64,000 nt of DNA from a virus (lineage: Duplodnaviria; Caudoviricetes): the IMG/VR virus record IMGVR_UViG_3300028797_000161, positions 5,384-69,383 of that record, one strand, 5' to 3'. A model generated the notes under the pieces. It worked only from the letters and a program-made list of their open reading frames with translations. It ran no database searches and had not been told where the DNA came from. How positions within the stretch are numbered: the first letter of the stretch is position 1; each line of letters opens with the position of its first letter. The translations under genes and the position numbers were made by a program. This document shows, piece after piece, positions 20,161 through 29,511 of this stretch.

Positions 20161-20164
<4 letters not shown>

Positions 20165-21543
20165 TCTACTTAGGCAGAGATAGTGTTGGCGTAGGCTTTC
20201 GTCAAATTATATCCCAAGAGTTATCTACAGGTGCTCCCGAAAAAGCTGTAAATTTTATAGATTATGACGGTACTATTGTCGCGTCATTTACAAAAGAAGA
20301 GGCTCTTGTTCTTGATGCGTTGCCTCCGAATCCTACTCACGAAGGCCTTACTGCTCAGGGTTGGAACTGGACGCTCGCTGAAATTAAATCCAGAGTCCTT
20401 GATATTGTATACGACGAATCTATATATGTAGGTCAGATGTATGTTACAACATCTGGGAAGACAGAATTATTTATTGAGATCGTAAATGATAATGTTTTAG
20501 ACTTTAGATTATATTTTGCGATGAACGGTACTGGGACCATAGATTGGGGCGATAACACAGAAGTTACTTCAATCTCTGGTAACTCTGACCAACGTCAATA
20601 TGTTACACATGCTTATGCTCAGAAAGGTTCATATAAGATAACAATTTCGGTAACGAGTGGAAAACTTACATTCGTTAATCAGAGTTCTTCACTTATATTA
20701 AGCAGAAATTTTGCTTCTCAGTCCATGCCATATAATATGCCATTCGCTTCTGTACTAACAGAAATACGACTCGGTAATGATATTTCACTGGATGCCAATG
20801 CGTTTGCCTATTGCACAAAGTTGCAAGTAATTACCATTCCGTCTAGTGTAACTGTTTTCGGAGCTTCGGCATTCTATAGTTGTTATTCGTTGCGAAGCAT
20901 TACAATTCCAAGAGGAACTGTAAATTTACCACTTTCAATATTATCATCGTGCTGTATAATTAAATCTATTTCTCTTCCATGTACTATTGAGACAGTAGAA
21001 GGAACTGCATTTTCCAATTGCTATTGTCTTGAAAAAATAGCGGCACCTAATAGCCTTACTTCTTTTAGTCTTAATTGCTTTAATTATTGTTATGGATTAA
21101 AAAAGATTTTAATGCCTACGGCCTTGACTTCAATTGGGAACAGCGCTTTTAATAATTGTCGTATGCTAGATCGCGTGCATCTAAAAAATAACATTACCAC
21201 AATTGGTGAAAGTGCATTTTCTTATGCATCTGGCTTGACAGAAATAAATATACCAAATGGTGTTACAACGATTAATAAAAATGCGTTCCAGGGATGTTAT
21301 AGTCTTATGGAAGTAATCATTCCGAGTACAGTTACATCAATCGGAGATAGTGCGTTCATCAGTTGTTCATCACTTTCTAAAGTCTATGTCAAGCCGACTA
21401 CACCTCCAACGTTAGGGTCTTCAGTATTCAATGCTGCGTTCCCGAACCTTATTATTTATGTACCAGCCGGTTGTCTCGATATATATCAGAATGAACCTGG
21501 ATGGTCTACGTATGCGTCGAAAATGCAGGAGGAGGTCGCGTGA
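20161..21543 (+). CDS. BspA-like leucine-rich-repeat (LRR_5) protein, putative receptor-binding/adhesin
   Basis: Repeated [21 protein letters not shown] units preceded by a PKD-like WGDNT...[13 protein letters not shown] segment. Confidence 0.85.
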
Positions 21544-21582
21544 TGAATAAGATCAAAATGGAAGTAAAAGGAGGTGACGTTT

Positions 21583-22803
21583 ATGCCTAATTATCAACAG
21601 CATATTGTTTATCTTTCTGAGGCCCAGCTTGCAGAGCTGTTTGCCAATGGTACTATTACTGTAGACGGTGTAACCGTTACCTACAGCGACAATGACCTGT
21701 ATGTTACTCCCATGGCTATTCCTGTACTGGATATTCAGATTGATGGATCCTCTATTAAGCAGAACAGCATAGCCAACATACCCAAGGCATCCGGTAATGC
21801 CCTCGGCGTCGTGCTAGTCGATACCTCTCATGGGTTGCATATTGGAAATGATGGCACTCTCGGAGTTCTTTCTGCGGGGGTCAGCCACATTAAGGCTGGT
21901 TCAAATAATGTTCGTCCATTAACGGCCTACACATTGCGGGAATCAATCTACTATGGTCTTCCTAAACTTGCTGGAGCCGACATGGCATCTGCATCTGGAG
22001 AAACTGTAGGTGTCTATCCTGATGCCCAGAAACAGGCTATCCAAAAGATGCTTGGTCTCGATGGTCTTTTTGGAGATTATCAAACTGGGAATACTGCTTC
22101 ACGGGCATATGCCGCTGGTGAGACCTTCGTAATGGATGGCAAGAGGTATAAAGTTACCGCTGCAATTTCTGATGGTGGTCTGATTACTGTTGGAACGAAC
22201 TGCGAGTTGGATCCTGTCGATGGCAGATATGTTAAGAATATCGATTATGCTACAAGTAGTAAGGCAGGCGTTGCAAAAATAGGTGCCGGTCTTTATATGT
22301 ACAACGGTGAACTGAGGATAAACAAAGCAGATGCGAGTTCAATGAAAGCTGGAACAGACGGCAACTCGCCTGTTGTTCCGAAGTATCAACATACTTTGGT
22401 ATACTACGCTCTCGCCAAACTTGCTGGAGCCGACATGGCTTCTCTATCTGGAGAAACTGTAGGCATTTATCCTGAAGCCCAAAAGCAAGCCATTCAATCT
22501 ATGCTCGGTGTATCTACGGGTGCTATCCTGATCGAGAATGTTTCAGGCGGTACCCCTACACTCACATGCCTGCCGAATGTTCGGTATAAGTGTGGCGAAG
22601 TTAGTACTCTATCTATTACTCCTCCGGCTTCTGGCAGTTGCGAAGTGATATTTGAGTCTGGTAGTACTGCTACACTCTTAACAGTACCTAACACGGTCAA
22701 ATTCCCTCCGTGGTTTGATGCTACTGCGCTTGAGACTGGTATGATCTATGATATTATCATCACTGATGGAGTATATGGGGCGGTGATGTCATGGGCAAGC
22801 TGA
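21583..22803 (+). CDS. Tail fibre/accessory structural protein with internal repeat
   Basis: RBS GGAGGTGA, ATG 21583. Repeated KLAGADMASxSGETVGxYPxAQKQAIQxMLG. C-terminal NVRYKCGEVSTLSIT domain. Confidence 0.7.
   Translation: MPNYQQHIVYLSEAQLAELFANGTITVDGVTVTYSDNDLYVTPMAIPVLDIQIDGSSIKQNSIANIPKASGNALGVVLVDTSHGLHIGNDGTLGVLSAGVSHIKAGSNNVRPLTAYTLRESIYYGLPKLAGADMASASGETVGVYPDAQKQAIQKMLGLDGLFGDYQTGNTASRAYAAGETFVMDGKRYKVTAAISDGGLITVGTNCELDPVDGRYVKNIDYATSSKAGVAKIGAGLYMYNGELRINKADASSMKAGTDGNSPVVPKYQHTLVYYALAKLAGADMASLSGETVGIYPEAQKQAIQSMLGVSTGAILIENVSGGTPTLTCLPNVRYKCGEVSTLSITPPASGSCEVIFESGSTATLLTVPNTVKFPPWFDATALETGMIYDIIITDGVYGAVMSWAS
21964..22509 (+). repeat. Direct repeat of ~90 nt (21964-22056 and 22417-22509)
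   Basis: Both copies begin AAACTTGCTGGAGCCGACATGGC..TCT..ATCTGGAGAAACTGTAGG; offset 453 nt. Confidence 0.9.
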
Positions 22804-25469
22804 CACATACTGTCAAAGGGCCTATTGCTTCTTTCCGTAGTGCAGATAAGGCGAATATTGAAAGTCTAAAACTCCACTTCCTTCCCAAACAAGAGGGGAG
22901 TGGAGACCCTTCTCCGACCAATATAAGGCCGATAACAGGGTGGACAGGGTGCAATCTGTTTAAGACGAAGAAGAATCTTCTCGATATTAGTAACGCATTT
23001 TGTAATAGTACCGCTACTCTTTCAAATGGCGTTGTAACAAATAACGTCGTGGATACAAGAGCATATGTTAGTTTATATATTGAGGCTATTAAAAAAGTAA
23101 ATACTTCATATAGCAGACTAAAACTATTCAGAATGAGTGGCGAAATTACAGAGGCTGTACACTATACAACAGGCGTATTAACTGTTTCTTCTGAATGCGA
23201 AGATATGGAATATTTGCGTATAAAACACAATGGTAGTTCAAAAGACTTTGCCATATACTTTCCATTAAAGTTGCCTGTTGGAGCTAAATTCGCAGTGACC
23301 CTCGATATTACAGGAGCCGATATTTCGACGATTGGTGGTTTTTCGATGACGAATTTCCATATGGAAGTTGATACGGCTTCGGACACCCTCGAACAGTATG
23401 AAGGATCAACTATCCCTCTTTCATGGTTTGACCACGGCGTAGAGTATGGCGGATACATTGATCCTGTAAACGGGAAACTGGTTGCAGAGTATAAAGCTCA
23501 TGTATTCAATGGAGAAGAAAACATTTCCAATTATTCAGGAACATTTACAGGCGGTATACGTTTGGCAAATGATACGTTCGACGACTGCACGGGGGTTGGT
23601 GCTCTCACAAAATGCGATAAGGCGGCTTTGGAGTCCACTACTCCATCTGATATATCTCGTCTTGGGATTCGTATCGGTGGCGGAGTATATAAGACATATT
23701 TCTATGTACCGGATTCTATGTTTGATGGAGAAGCTACTGTCGATAAATTTAAGCAGTGGCTATCCGAGAACGGCTTGACCATCGTTGCAAAGCTCACCAC
23801 CCCAATCGAATACGACATCGACCCCATAACTCTCCAAACATTCCTCGACTACAACAACTTCTGGACCGATATGAATGATGACACAGAAGTAGAGTATGCG
23901 TTTGCGGATCGCTTGTCGATTAGAAAACCGGAGTTTGATACACCGCATGTTGCTTCTGCTTCCAGTTTGATTGCTTCTTTCAGTACAGATCTGAAAGCCC
24001 CAATCGTCGATCTGAAGGCTCATTTCGCTCCGGTACAGGAAGGTACAGGTGACCCAGGTCCGACGAATATAAGACCTATTTATGGACGATGTTCTCTTGG
24101 AATATTCCATACAAACGACAATCTCATTGATTACACATCGCTTCCTTGTTTTGATGCTGCAAATGCACAACATTCATTTAATGAAGATACGCTTACAGTA
24201 AGTGTTAAGACTGCTGGAAGTGCTTATAATGTGTACTATCAGACAAGCTTGAGATGGATCATACCAGAGAATTTAAGAGGAAAAACAGTTCGATTCGTAT
24301 GCGGTGGTATAGTTAATAGTAATTCGACACATCATGGTGTAATGATTGGAGAGTTTAGAAAAAAAGATGGAACTCTTATAGCCGATCCAACCATGTTTAA
24401 TGAATCGGATAATACATTAAGTAGAAGCTATACAATCCCGGCTGATGCTGTATATGCTGTATTTATATTCCGAATGAATCAGAGCACAAGCGTAACATTC
24501 TCTGATGGCGACTATATAAGATTCAATGGTGTCGGAATAAATTATGATTCTTCAGATACTGAGTATCATAAATACAGAGGACAGTATATTCCGGTATTAT
24601 TTCCTTCAATTGGAAATATTCTGAATATTGGTTTAACCGATTTGATTAAGCCAGGAGCAAATGATAGCAATATAACAATTTCAAAAGATACTGGCGTCAT
24701 ATCCATTGATGCTGTGGCTACAAGCGCGAGATCACATGTTATATTCTCACAGGTCTTTCCTGCTGGAACGTATGTAATTCAAGCTCAGAATGACGGAGCT
24801 GTTTCAAGGGCACGTTTACTATTGGATATAGAATCTGACGGTTTTACATACAACACATATTATGCAATGTATGTAAAAACATTAGGTGCGAATAATAATC
24901 TAGTATTCACGCTATCTGCTCCTTCAAGAATAGGTCTTGTATTACAAAACGGAACAACAGGATCACCTGGAAGATTGTATGATATTCAGCTTGAATCTGG
25001 TTCTAATCCGTCTACGTTTGAACTATATGAAGATAAGTACTTTGGCGGTTATATTGATCTGATTCGTGGGAAGATCGTTGCAGAATATGAAATACTTACC
25101 GATACATGGGGCAATTGGGGAACCGCTCAAGACCAAGGCGACGGAACAGTTCTTCGTGTCAAGAAGTTTGTTAATCCCGTTTATGGAAATGGTATTACAA
25201 ACCATAATACTGATTATTGCAATGTTGCGAAATATCAATATGCAAACAATAATGGAACTACTCATTATTATATTGTTGGTCAGTCTTATAATTGCCGTGT
25301 ATATCTGCCGGATAGCTTCTCAACGGATCAAGTGATACAGGTAATCGGCAAATTGATTACCCCCATCGAATACGATCTTACACCAGAACAGATCAAAGCG
25401 TTCCTTGGACAAAATAATATCTTTGATGACTCCAACGGCAACGTTGAAGTTAAATATTGGACTCATTAA
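22791..25469 (+). CDS. Tail fibre / receptor-binding protein made of two tandem homologous halves
   Basis: IASF..KQEGSGDPSPTNIRPI / IASF..VQEGTGDPGPTNIRPI; GGYIDPVNGKLVAEY / GGYIDLIRGKIVAEY; KLTTPIEYD..NNFWTD / KLITPIEYD..NNIFDD. The variable middles look like carbohydrate-binding beta-sandwiches. Confidence 0.72.
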   Translation: MGKLTHTVKGPIASFRSADKANIESLKLHFLPKQEGSGDPSPTNIRPITGWTGCNLFKTKKNLLDISNAFCNSTATLSNGVVTNNVVDTRAYVSLYIEAIKKVNTSYSRLKLFRMSGEITEAVHYTTGVLTVSSECEDMEYLRIKHNGSSKDFAIYFPLKLPVGAKFAVTLDITGADISTIGGFSMTNFHMEVDTASDTLEQYEGSTIPLSWFDHGVEYGGYIDPVNGKLVAEYKAHVFNGEENISNYSGTFTGGIRLANDTFDDCTGVGALTKCDKAALESTTPSDISRLGIRIGGGVYKTYFYVPDSMFDGEATVDKFKQWLSENGLTIVAKLTTPIEYDIDPITLQTFLDYNNFWTDMNDDTEVEYAFADRLSIRKPEFDTPHVASASSLIASFSTDLKAPIVDLKAHFAPVQEGTGDPGPTNIRPIYGRCSLGIFHTNDNLIDYTSLPCFDAANAQHSFNEDTLTVSVKTAGSAYNVYYQTSLRWIIPENLRGKTVRFVCGGIVNSNSTHHGVMIGEFRKKDGTLIADPTMFNESDNTLSRSYTIPADAVYAVFIFRMNQSTSVTFSDGDYIRFNGVGINYDSSDTEYHKYRGQYIPVLFPSIGNILNIGLTDLIKPGANDSNITISKDTGVISIDAVATSARSHVIFSQVFPAGTYVIQAQNDGAVSRARLLLDIESDGFTYNTYYAMYVKTLGANNNLVFTLSAPSRIGLVLQNGTTGSPGRLYDIQLESGSNPSTFELYEDKYFGGYIDLIRGKIVAEYEILTDTWGNWGTAQDQGDGTVLRVKKFVNPVYGNGITNHNTDYCNVAKYQYANNNGTTHYYIVGQSYNCRVYLPDSFSTDQVIQVIGKLITPIEYDLTPEQIKAFLGQNNIFDDSNGNVEVKYWTH

Positions 25470-25484
25470 AGGAGGAATCCTATT

Positions 25485-25841
25485 ATGACACAGGAAAGAC
25501 AGATTTTCATTGTGCGCGCTGAAGTCGTTAATTCTTCTGGCGGTTTTCAGGCATTGACTCTGGACAACGTCACTTATCCTGTTATTTTCGACAGCAACTT
25601 ACAGACGTATGCTGATGATATCGACAAGTGTCTGAATTATGCTAAGGCAGAGTGGCACAAGGTTGTCGGATATATGCTGAAGCACGACGACTATCAGCTT
25701 CAGACTGCTGTTCTGATGACAGCGGACGGCCGTATTATCGGTGAACCTTTCCACAAGGGTGCTATCGCTCCGGTTATTGTACCGGATCCCGAACCGGAAG
25801 AGAATGGAAATGAGAATGAGAATCCTGGTGAGGGCGCATGA
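25485..25841 (+). CDS. Hypothetical protein
   Basis: RBS AAAGGAGG; 118 aa; acidic Pro-rich tail. Confidence 0.7.
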   Translation: MTQERQIFIVRAEVVNSSGGFQALTLDNVTYPVIFDSNLQTYADDIDKCLNYAKAEWHKVVGYMLKHDDYQLQTAVLMTADGRIIGEPFHKGAIAPVIVPDPEPEENGNENENPGEGA

Positions 25842-26608
25842 CTTATGAGCAGATAATTGATCTGTTTATTAAAGCTATCGAAAAAATACAGTCTCTTAAT
25901 CCGGCATATAAACAACCGGGGAAAGGAGATGATGGTACATGTGATTGTATTGGACTGATCATCGGAGCTATTATTCGTATTGGTTTGAAGTGGCTAGGTA
26001 TTCATGGCAGTAATTACGCTGCTCGATTTGATATCGAAAACCTTCAACCAATTAAGAGTGAAGCAGATCTCGAACGCGGTGATATAATCTTCAAAGGCTG
26101 TACACAAGCAGCCAAACCGAAAACTTATGCCCTGCCTTCTCGATACAAGAAAGGTGGGGCATATTACACTGGAGATCTCAATGACTACTATCATGTAGGT
26201 GTTGTACTCAGTGTTAAGCCTCTTCGAATTATTCACATGACAAGCCCTAGAATGAGAGTCGATACAAAACTGGATCAAAATAAGAATAGCCCTTGGGGAT
26301 TTCACGGCAAATCTAAAACTCTTCTTAAAGCAGTTGGCAAAGCCGTTACTCCCTCTAAACAGATCAATGAACCCATCGCTACCACAGGCTCTATTGCTAT
26401 TGTCGTCGCAACAACTGGGAATAACGTGTTCCTTCGTCAGTATCCGGATAAGAACTGTCGTACATGGGAACGTGTCCCTGTTGGCTCGAAGGTTACTATT
26501 GTCGAACCCGGCGAAACCTGGGCTAAGGTTAATTATGGAAAGCGTAAAGGCTGGTACATGAAGAGCGAATTCCTGGATATTGTCGGGGACGGCAAAGGTA
26601 AATATTAA
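25838..26608 (+). CDS. Endolysin: NlpC/P60- or CHAP-like catalytic domain plus C-terminal SH3b
   Basis: CDCIG (catalytic Cys) and YYHVGVV..IIH (His); C-terminal VFLRQYP..VPVG..WAKVNYG..GWYMKSEFL. Confidence 0.82.
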   Translation: MTYEQIIDLFIKAIEKIQSLNPAYKQPGKGDDGTCDCIGLIIGAIIRIGLKWLGIHGSNYAARFDIENLQPIKSEADLERGDIIFKGCTQAAKPKTYALPSRYKKGGAYYTGDLNDYYHVGVVLSVKPLRIIHMTSPRMRVDTKLDQNKNSPWGFHGKSKTLLKAVGKAVTPSKQINEPIATTGSIAIVVATTGNNVFLRQYPDKNCRTWERVPVGSKVTIVEPGETWAKVNYGKRKGWYMKSEFLDIVGDGKGKY

Positions 26609-26624
26609 AAGGAGGAAAATGTCA

Positions 26625-26885
26625 ATGAAAACTAATCTGGTACGTAAGTTCACTTCCCTGGAATATGGGGACACGGGAGCCGTGGTCAAAGAAGCTCAGC
26701 TTATGCTGGCTAAGACCGGCTCTACGATCAAACCGAATAGTGTGTTTACTATCGGCATGGTTTCCGCAGTGAAAGCTTTTCAGCGTAAGAACGGTCTGAA
26801 AGTCACTGGCGTTATCAATGCCGAGACCTGGAAGAAGCTGGAAGCCTGTTCCAAGCCTGCAAAAACATCCCGTAAAAAGAAGTAA
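26625..26885 (+). CDS. Stand-alone peptidoglycan-binding domain protein (PG_binding_1)
   Basis: LEYGDTGAVVKEAQLML..AVKAFQRKNGLKVTGVINAETWKKL; RBS GGAGG 9 nt before ATG 26625. Confidence 0.82.
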   Translation: MKTNLVRKFTSLEYGDTGAVVKEAQLMLAKTGSTIKPNSVFTIGMVSAVKAFQRKNGLKVTGVINAETWKKLEACSKPAKTSRKKK

Positions 26886-26903
26886 GATAAGGAGGAACAT
26901 CTT

Positions 26904-27272
26904 ATGTCACCTTATCTGCAGATGGCCGTAACGGTCGTATGCGCTGTACTCGCGTCTGGCGGGTTGTGGAGTTTCCTTCAAAGTAAACGGGATAAAAAAG
27001 ACGCTAAGACGAGAATGTTGCTGGGGCTTGGCCATGATCGTCTTCTGTATCTGATGACCAAGTACATTGAACGTGGCTGGGTCAGCAGTGATGAATACGA
27101 AGATCTGATCAAATACCTATATAACCCCTATCGTGAACTCGGTGGAAACGGTACGATCAAACGCCTTATGGAGGAAGTCGATAAATTACCGGTCCGCAGA
27201 ATGACCTATATGCAACAGATAGAAGAGCAGAAAAAGGAGATGGATCATAATGAAAGTGAACTGGAAAGTTAG
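26904..27272 (+). CDS. Holin-like / lysis accessory membrane protein
   Basis: N-terminal TM helix, then LLGLGHDR..PYRELGGNG, a pattern common in Firmicutes phage lysis cassettes. Confidence 0.65.
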   Translation: MSPYLQMAVTVVCAVLASGGLWSFLQSKRDKKDAKTRMLLGLGHDRLLYLMTKYIERGWVSSDEYEDLIKYLYNPYRELGGNGTIKRLMEEVDKLPVRRMTYMQQIEEQKKEMDHNESELES

Positions 27273-27516
27273 GTTTAAGAACAAGGTATGGTTGTCGAGT
27301 TTCTTTTCCCTGCTGATTGGATTCGTGTACAGCATGCTTGCACTGTTTGACGTCTATCCCGTTGTTACTCAGAATCTTATTGGTCAGATCATTAACCAGA
27401 TTCTGATGTTCCTTGGTCTGATTGGTGTTATTGTGGATCCCACCACTGCCGGGGCAAGCGACAGTAATCGGGCTATGAGTTACGTCGAACCCTGGGATGA
27501 TAACGTAAATAATTAA
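27250..27516 (+). CDS. Holin, phiLC3 family
   Basis: MKVNWKVRFKNKVW, two TM helices, GVIVDPTTAGASDSNRAMSY. Confidence 0.88.
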   Translation: MKVNWKVRFKNKVWLSSFFSLLIGFVYSMLALFDVYPVVTQNLIGQIINQILMFLGLIGVIVDPTTAGASDSNRAMSYVEPWDDNVNN

Positions 27517-27538
27517 ATAATTTAGGAGGGTAATCCCC

Positions 27539-27850
27539 ATGCAATTGATTTCTGATCTGTGCGACATGATTGATGAAGAACTCAACGATTCTGAAAAGTA
27601 TATTAAGCGTGCTATCACCTGTAAAGAAAACGGCAGGACTTCCCTCGCCGCAACTTTCAACAAACTTTCTCTAGAAGAAATGAATCACGCTATGATGCTT
27701 CATGAACAAGTTACGTCAATCATTGAGGCATATCGGAAAGAGCATGGGGATCCTCCGGAAAAGATGTTGTGGGTCTATGATTATCTGCATGGCAAGCATA
27801 TCGAGCATGCCAATGCCATCAAAATTCTTCAGGGATCCTTTAAATCTTAG
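27539..27850 (+). CDS. Ferritin-like four-helix protein
   Basis: DEELNDSEKY...LEEMNHAMMLH: acidic helix plus ExxH. Confidence 0.6.
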   Translation: MQLISDLCDMIDEELNDSEKYIKRAITCKENGRTSLAATFNKLSLEEMNHAMMLHEQVTSIIEAYRKEHGDPPEKMLWVYDYLHGKHIEHANAIKILQGSFKS

Positions 27851-27861
27851 TCAGAAAGAGG

Positions 27862-28404
27862 ATGGTTCCAATGGGTGTGTATGATAACCCATATCTTCCA
27901 CCATTTGTCGCTCAGAGGCCGAGGGTGGAACCCATTAAAATGAGTCAGCAGCCACCACAACTTCAAATGCCTGGTTCTCTTAAATACAGTCAGATTCAAC
28001 CGGTCAACGGATATTCTGGAGCAAGAGCATATGCTGATACTCTCGCTTCGGGGTCTTCTGAGATTATTTCTGAATCTGATCCGAATATTGCCAGAGTTTA
28101 TGTCGTTGCTAAAGATATGAACAATCAGATTATCGTACAGGGTTATCAGCTTATTCCTGAAGACGAACCTAAGCCAGTGACTCTTGAAGATCTGAATGCA
28201 AAAATGAATGCACTTCTAAACCGTATGGATAAATATGAGGAGGACCAACATGCAAAACCCAGTACAGAACTTGCTTGGAAGAATAATGGGCCAGAGACTT
28301 CAGCCGCTTCAAAATCTGCAGCAACTGGCAACCGGAGCCAGCAACCCGCAAGCGGCAATAATGAAAATCCTCCAAAACGACCCCAGAACCCAGCAAGTTC
28401 TTGA
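27862..28404 (+). CDS. Pro/Gln-rich hypothetical protein (cassette gene 2)
   Basis: Low-complexity P/Q N-terminus, IQPVNGYSGARAY core and coiled coil. Confidence 0.7.
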   Translation: MVPMGVYDNPYLPPFVAQRPRVEPIKMSQQPPQLQMPGSLKYSQIQPVNGYSGARAYADTLASGSSEIISESDPNIARVYVVAKDMNNQIIVQGYQLIPEDEPKPVTLEDLNAKMNALLNRMDKYEEDQHAKPSTELAWKNNGPETSAASKSAATGNRSQQPASGNNENPPKRPQNPASS

Positions 28405-28516
28405 TTTCATAAGTAATAATGGTGGTAATGCCGAATCATTGTTTTACCAAACAGCCCAACGAATGGGTAAAGATCCAAACGTAATTCTAAATCAGATTAA
28501 CTCCATGAAGTTCTGA
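28250..28516 (+). CDS. Gln/Asn-rich small helical protein (cassette gene 3)
   Basis: RBS GAGGAGG, ATG 28250; MQNPVQNLLG...AESLFYQTAQRMGKDPNVILNQI. Confidence 0.72.
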   Translation: MQNPVQNLLGRIMGQRLQPLQNLQQLATGASNPQAAIMKILQNDPRTQQVLDFISNNGGNAESLFYQTAQRMGKDPNVILNQINSMKF

Positions 28517-28613
28517 CATACTCCTTACCTCCTGTGATGAAAACACCTGGCTGAGAACGGATGCGCACGCTATGAAGTCTGGTGTTTTTATATTTTTACT
28601 ATCGGAGGTATGT
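28517..28613 (+). promoter_or_regulatory. Candidate structured cis-regulatory RNA with an anti-Shine-Dalgarno segment
   Basis: AAAACACCTGGCT (28540-28552) pairs with AGTCTGGTGTTTT (28576-28588). Upstream ACATACTCCTTACCTCC can pair with GGAGGTATGT (28604-28613). Confidence 0.5.
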
Positions 28614-28618
28614 GCTCT

Positions 28619-29197
28619 ATGGCGGAAGGACTTTCTACTGGCGATCTCGCTCTCATGCGTGATAACGAAGGTTTTGGTGGTAACGGTTTCTTTTGGGTGT
28701 TTGCTCTTCTGATCCTGATGTTTGGTGGGAACGGCTTCGGATTTGGCGGAGGTCGTCCGATGGGTCCCGATCCTGCTACAGCCGATCAGGTTGCTCAGGG
28801 CTTCAACAATCAGAACATGCAGCAGATTCTGCTGTCCTCTGCAAACAACAATTATGAAACTGCCCAGCTGATCAGTGCCCAGACAAACGCTCTGATGCAG
28901 CAAAGCCAGACTTATGAAATCAACGCAATTCAGGGATTCAACCAGGTGAACCTCGGTATCCAGAACCAGACCAATGTCCTGAGTCAGCAACTGCAGGCAC
29001 TCCAAGCGAAGATGGATTCCTGCTGCTGCGAGATCAAGACTCAGATGCTTCAGCAGCGTCTCGAAGACGCCCAGGCCCAGAATGTTGCACTCCAGAACGA
29101 ACGTAGCAACTATCAGCAGAGCCAGTATCTGCTCGGCCAGATGGGTCGTTGGGTTGGCTGGACTCCAGAAGGTTCTCAGACAGCTTCCGGAACTTAA
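28619..29197 (+). CDS. Membrane-anchored coiled-coil protein (Gly-flanked TM helix, DSCCCEIK motif; cassette gene 4)
   Basis: GFGGNGFFWVFALLILMFGGNGFGFGG, then a Q/N-rich coiled coil with CCC. Confidence 0.78.
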   Translation: MAEGLSTGDLALMRDNEGFGGNGFFWVFALLILMFGGNGFGFGGGRPMGPDPATADQVAQGFNNQNMQQILLSSANNNYETAQLISAQTNALMQQSQTYEINAIQGFNQVNLGIQNQTNVLSQQLQALQAKMDSCCCEIKTQMLQQRLEDAQAQNVALQNERSNYQQSQYLLGQMGRWVGWTPEGSQTASGT

Positions 29198-29261
29198 TTA
29201 AGTGACGGGCTGGCCGGCGCATAGGCCAGTCTTTATTCTTGTAATAAAGGACTGGTCAATT

Positions 29262-29420
29262 ATGGAGATTAAGGATCATATCGTACGATTTGATATTTAC
29301 TGTGAAAAATGCAAGCACAAAAAGGTTAAGGATACCGATTCTCCTTGTACTGAATGTCTCGAATCCCCTACCAATGTAAATTCAAAACGTCCGGTACTGT
29401 TTGAAGAGCCTGACAAATAA
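29262..29420 (+). CDS. Small Cys-rich (CxxC..CxxC) protein
   Basis: MEIKDHIVRFDIYCEKCKHKKVKDTDSPCTECLES. Confidence 0.65.
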   Translation: MEIKDHIVRFDIYCEKCKHKKVKDTDSPCTECLESPTNVNSKRPVLFEEPDK

Positions 29421-29423
29421 CGA

Positions 29424-29461
29424 GAGCGAGGGACGAGTTCTACAATCCCTCCTCTTTTTTT
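29424..29461 (+). terminator. Terminator ending the late/structural block
   Basis: GAGGGA/TCCCTC stem followed by a T-run. Confidence 0.65.
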
Positions 29462-29485
29462 CGATTTTTACATGTTCTTTTATGG
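29462..29485 (+). promoter_or_regulatory. Phage promoter-like motif, copy 1
   Basis: CGATT-TTTACA-TGTTCTTT-TATGG, then hairpin GGGTAAAACCC and RBS. Confidence 0.75.
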
Positions 29486-29511
29486 GTAAAACCCAGAAAG
29501 GAGTGTTTGAA

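Noticed and set aside
28487-28533. Minus-strand RBS AGGAGGTAAGGAG with a 10-codon ORF
   Set aside because: Too short and isolated on a strand with no other genes; better explained as an anti-SD on the + strand.
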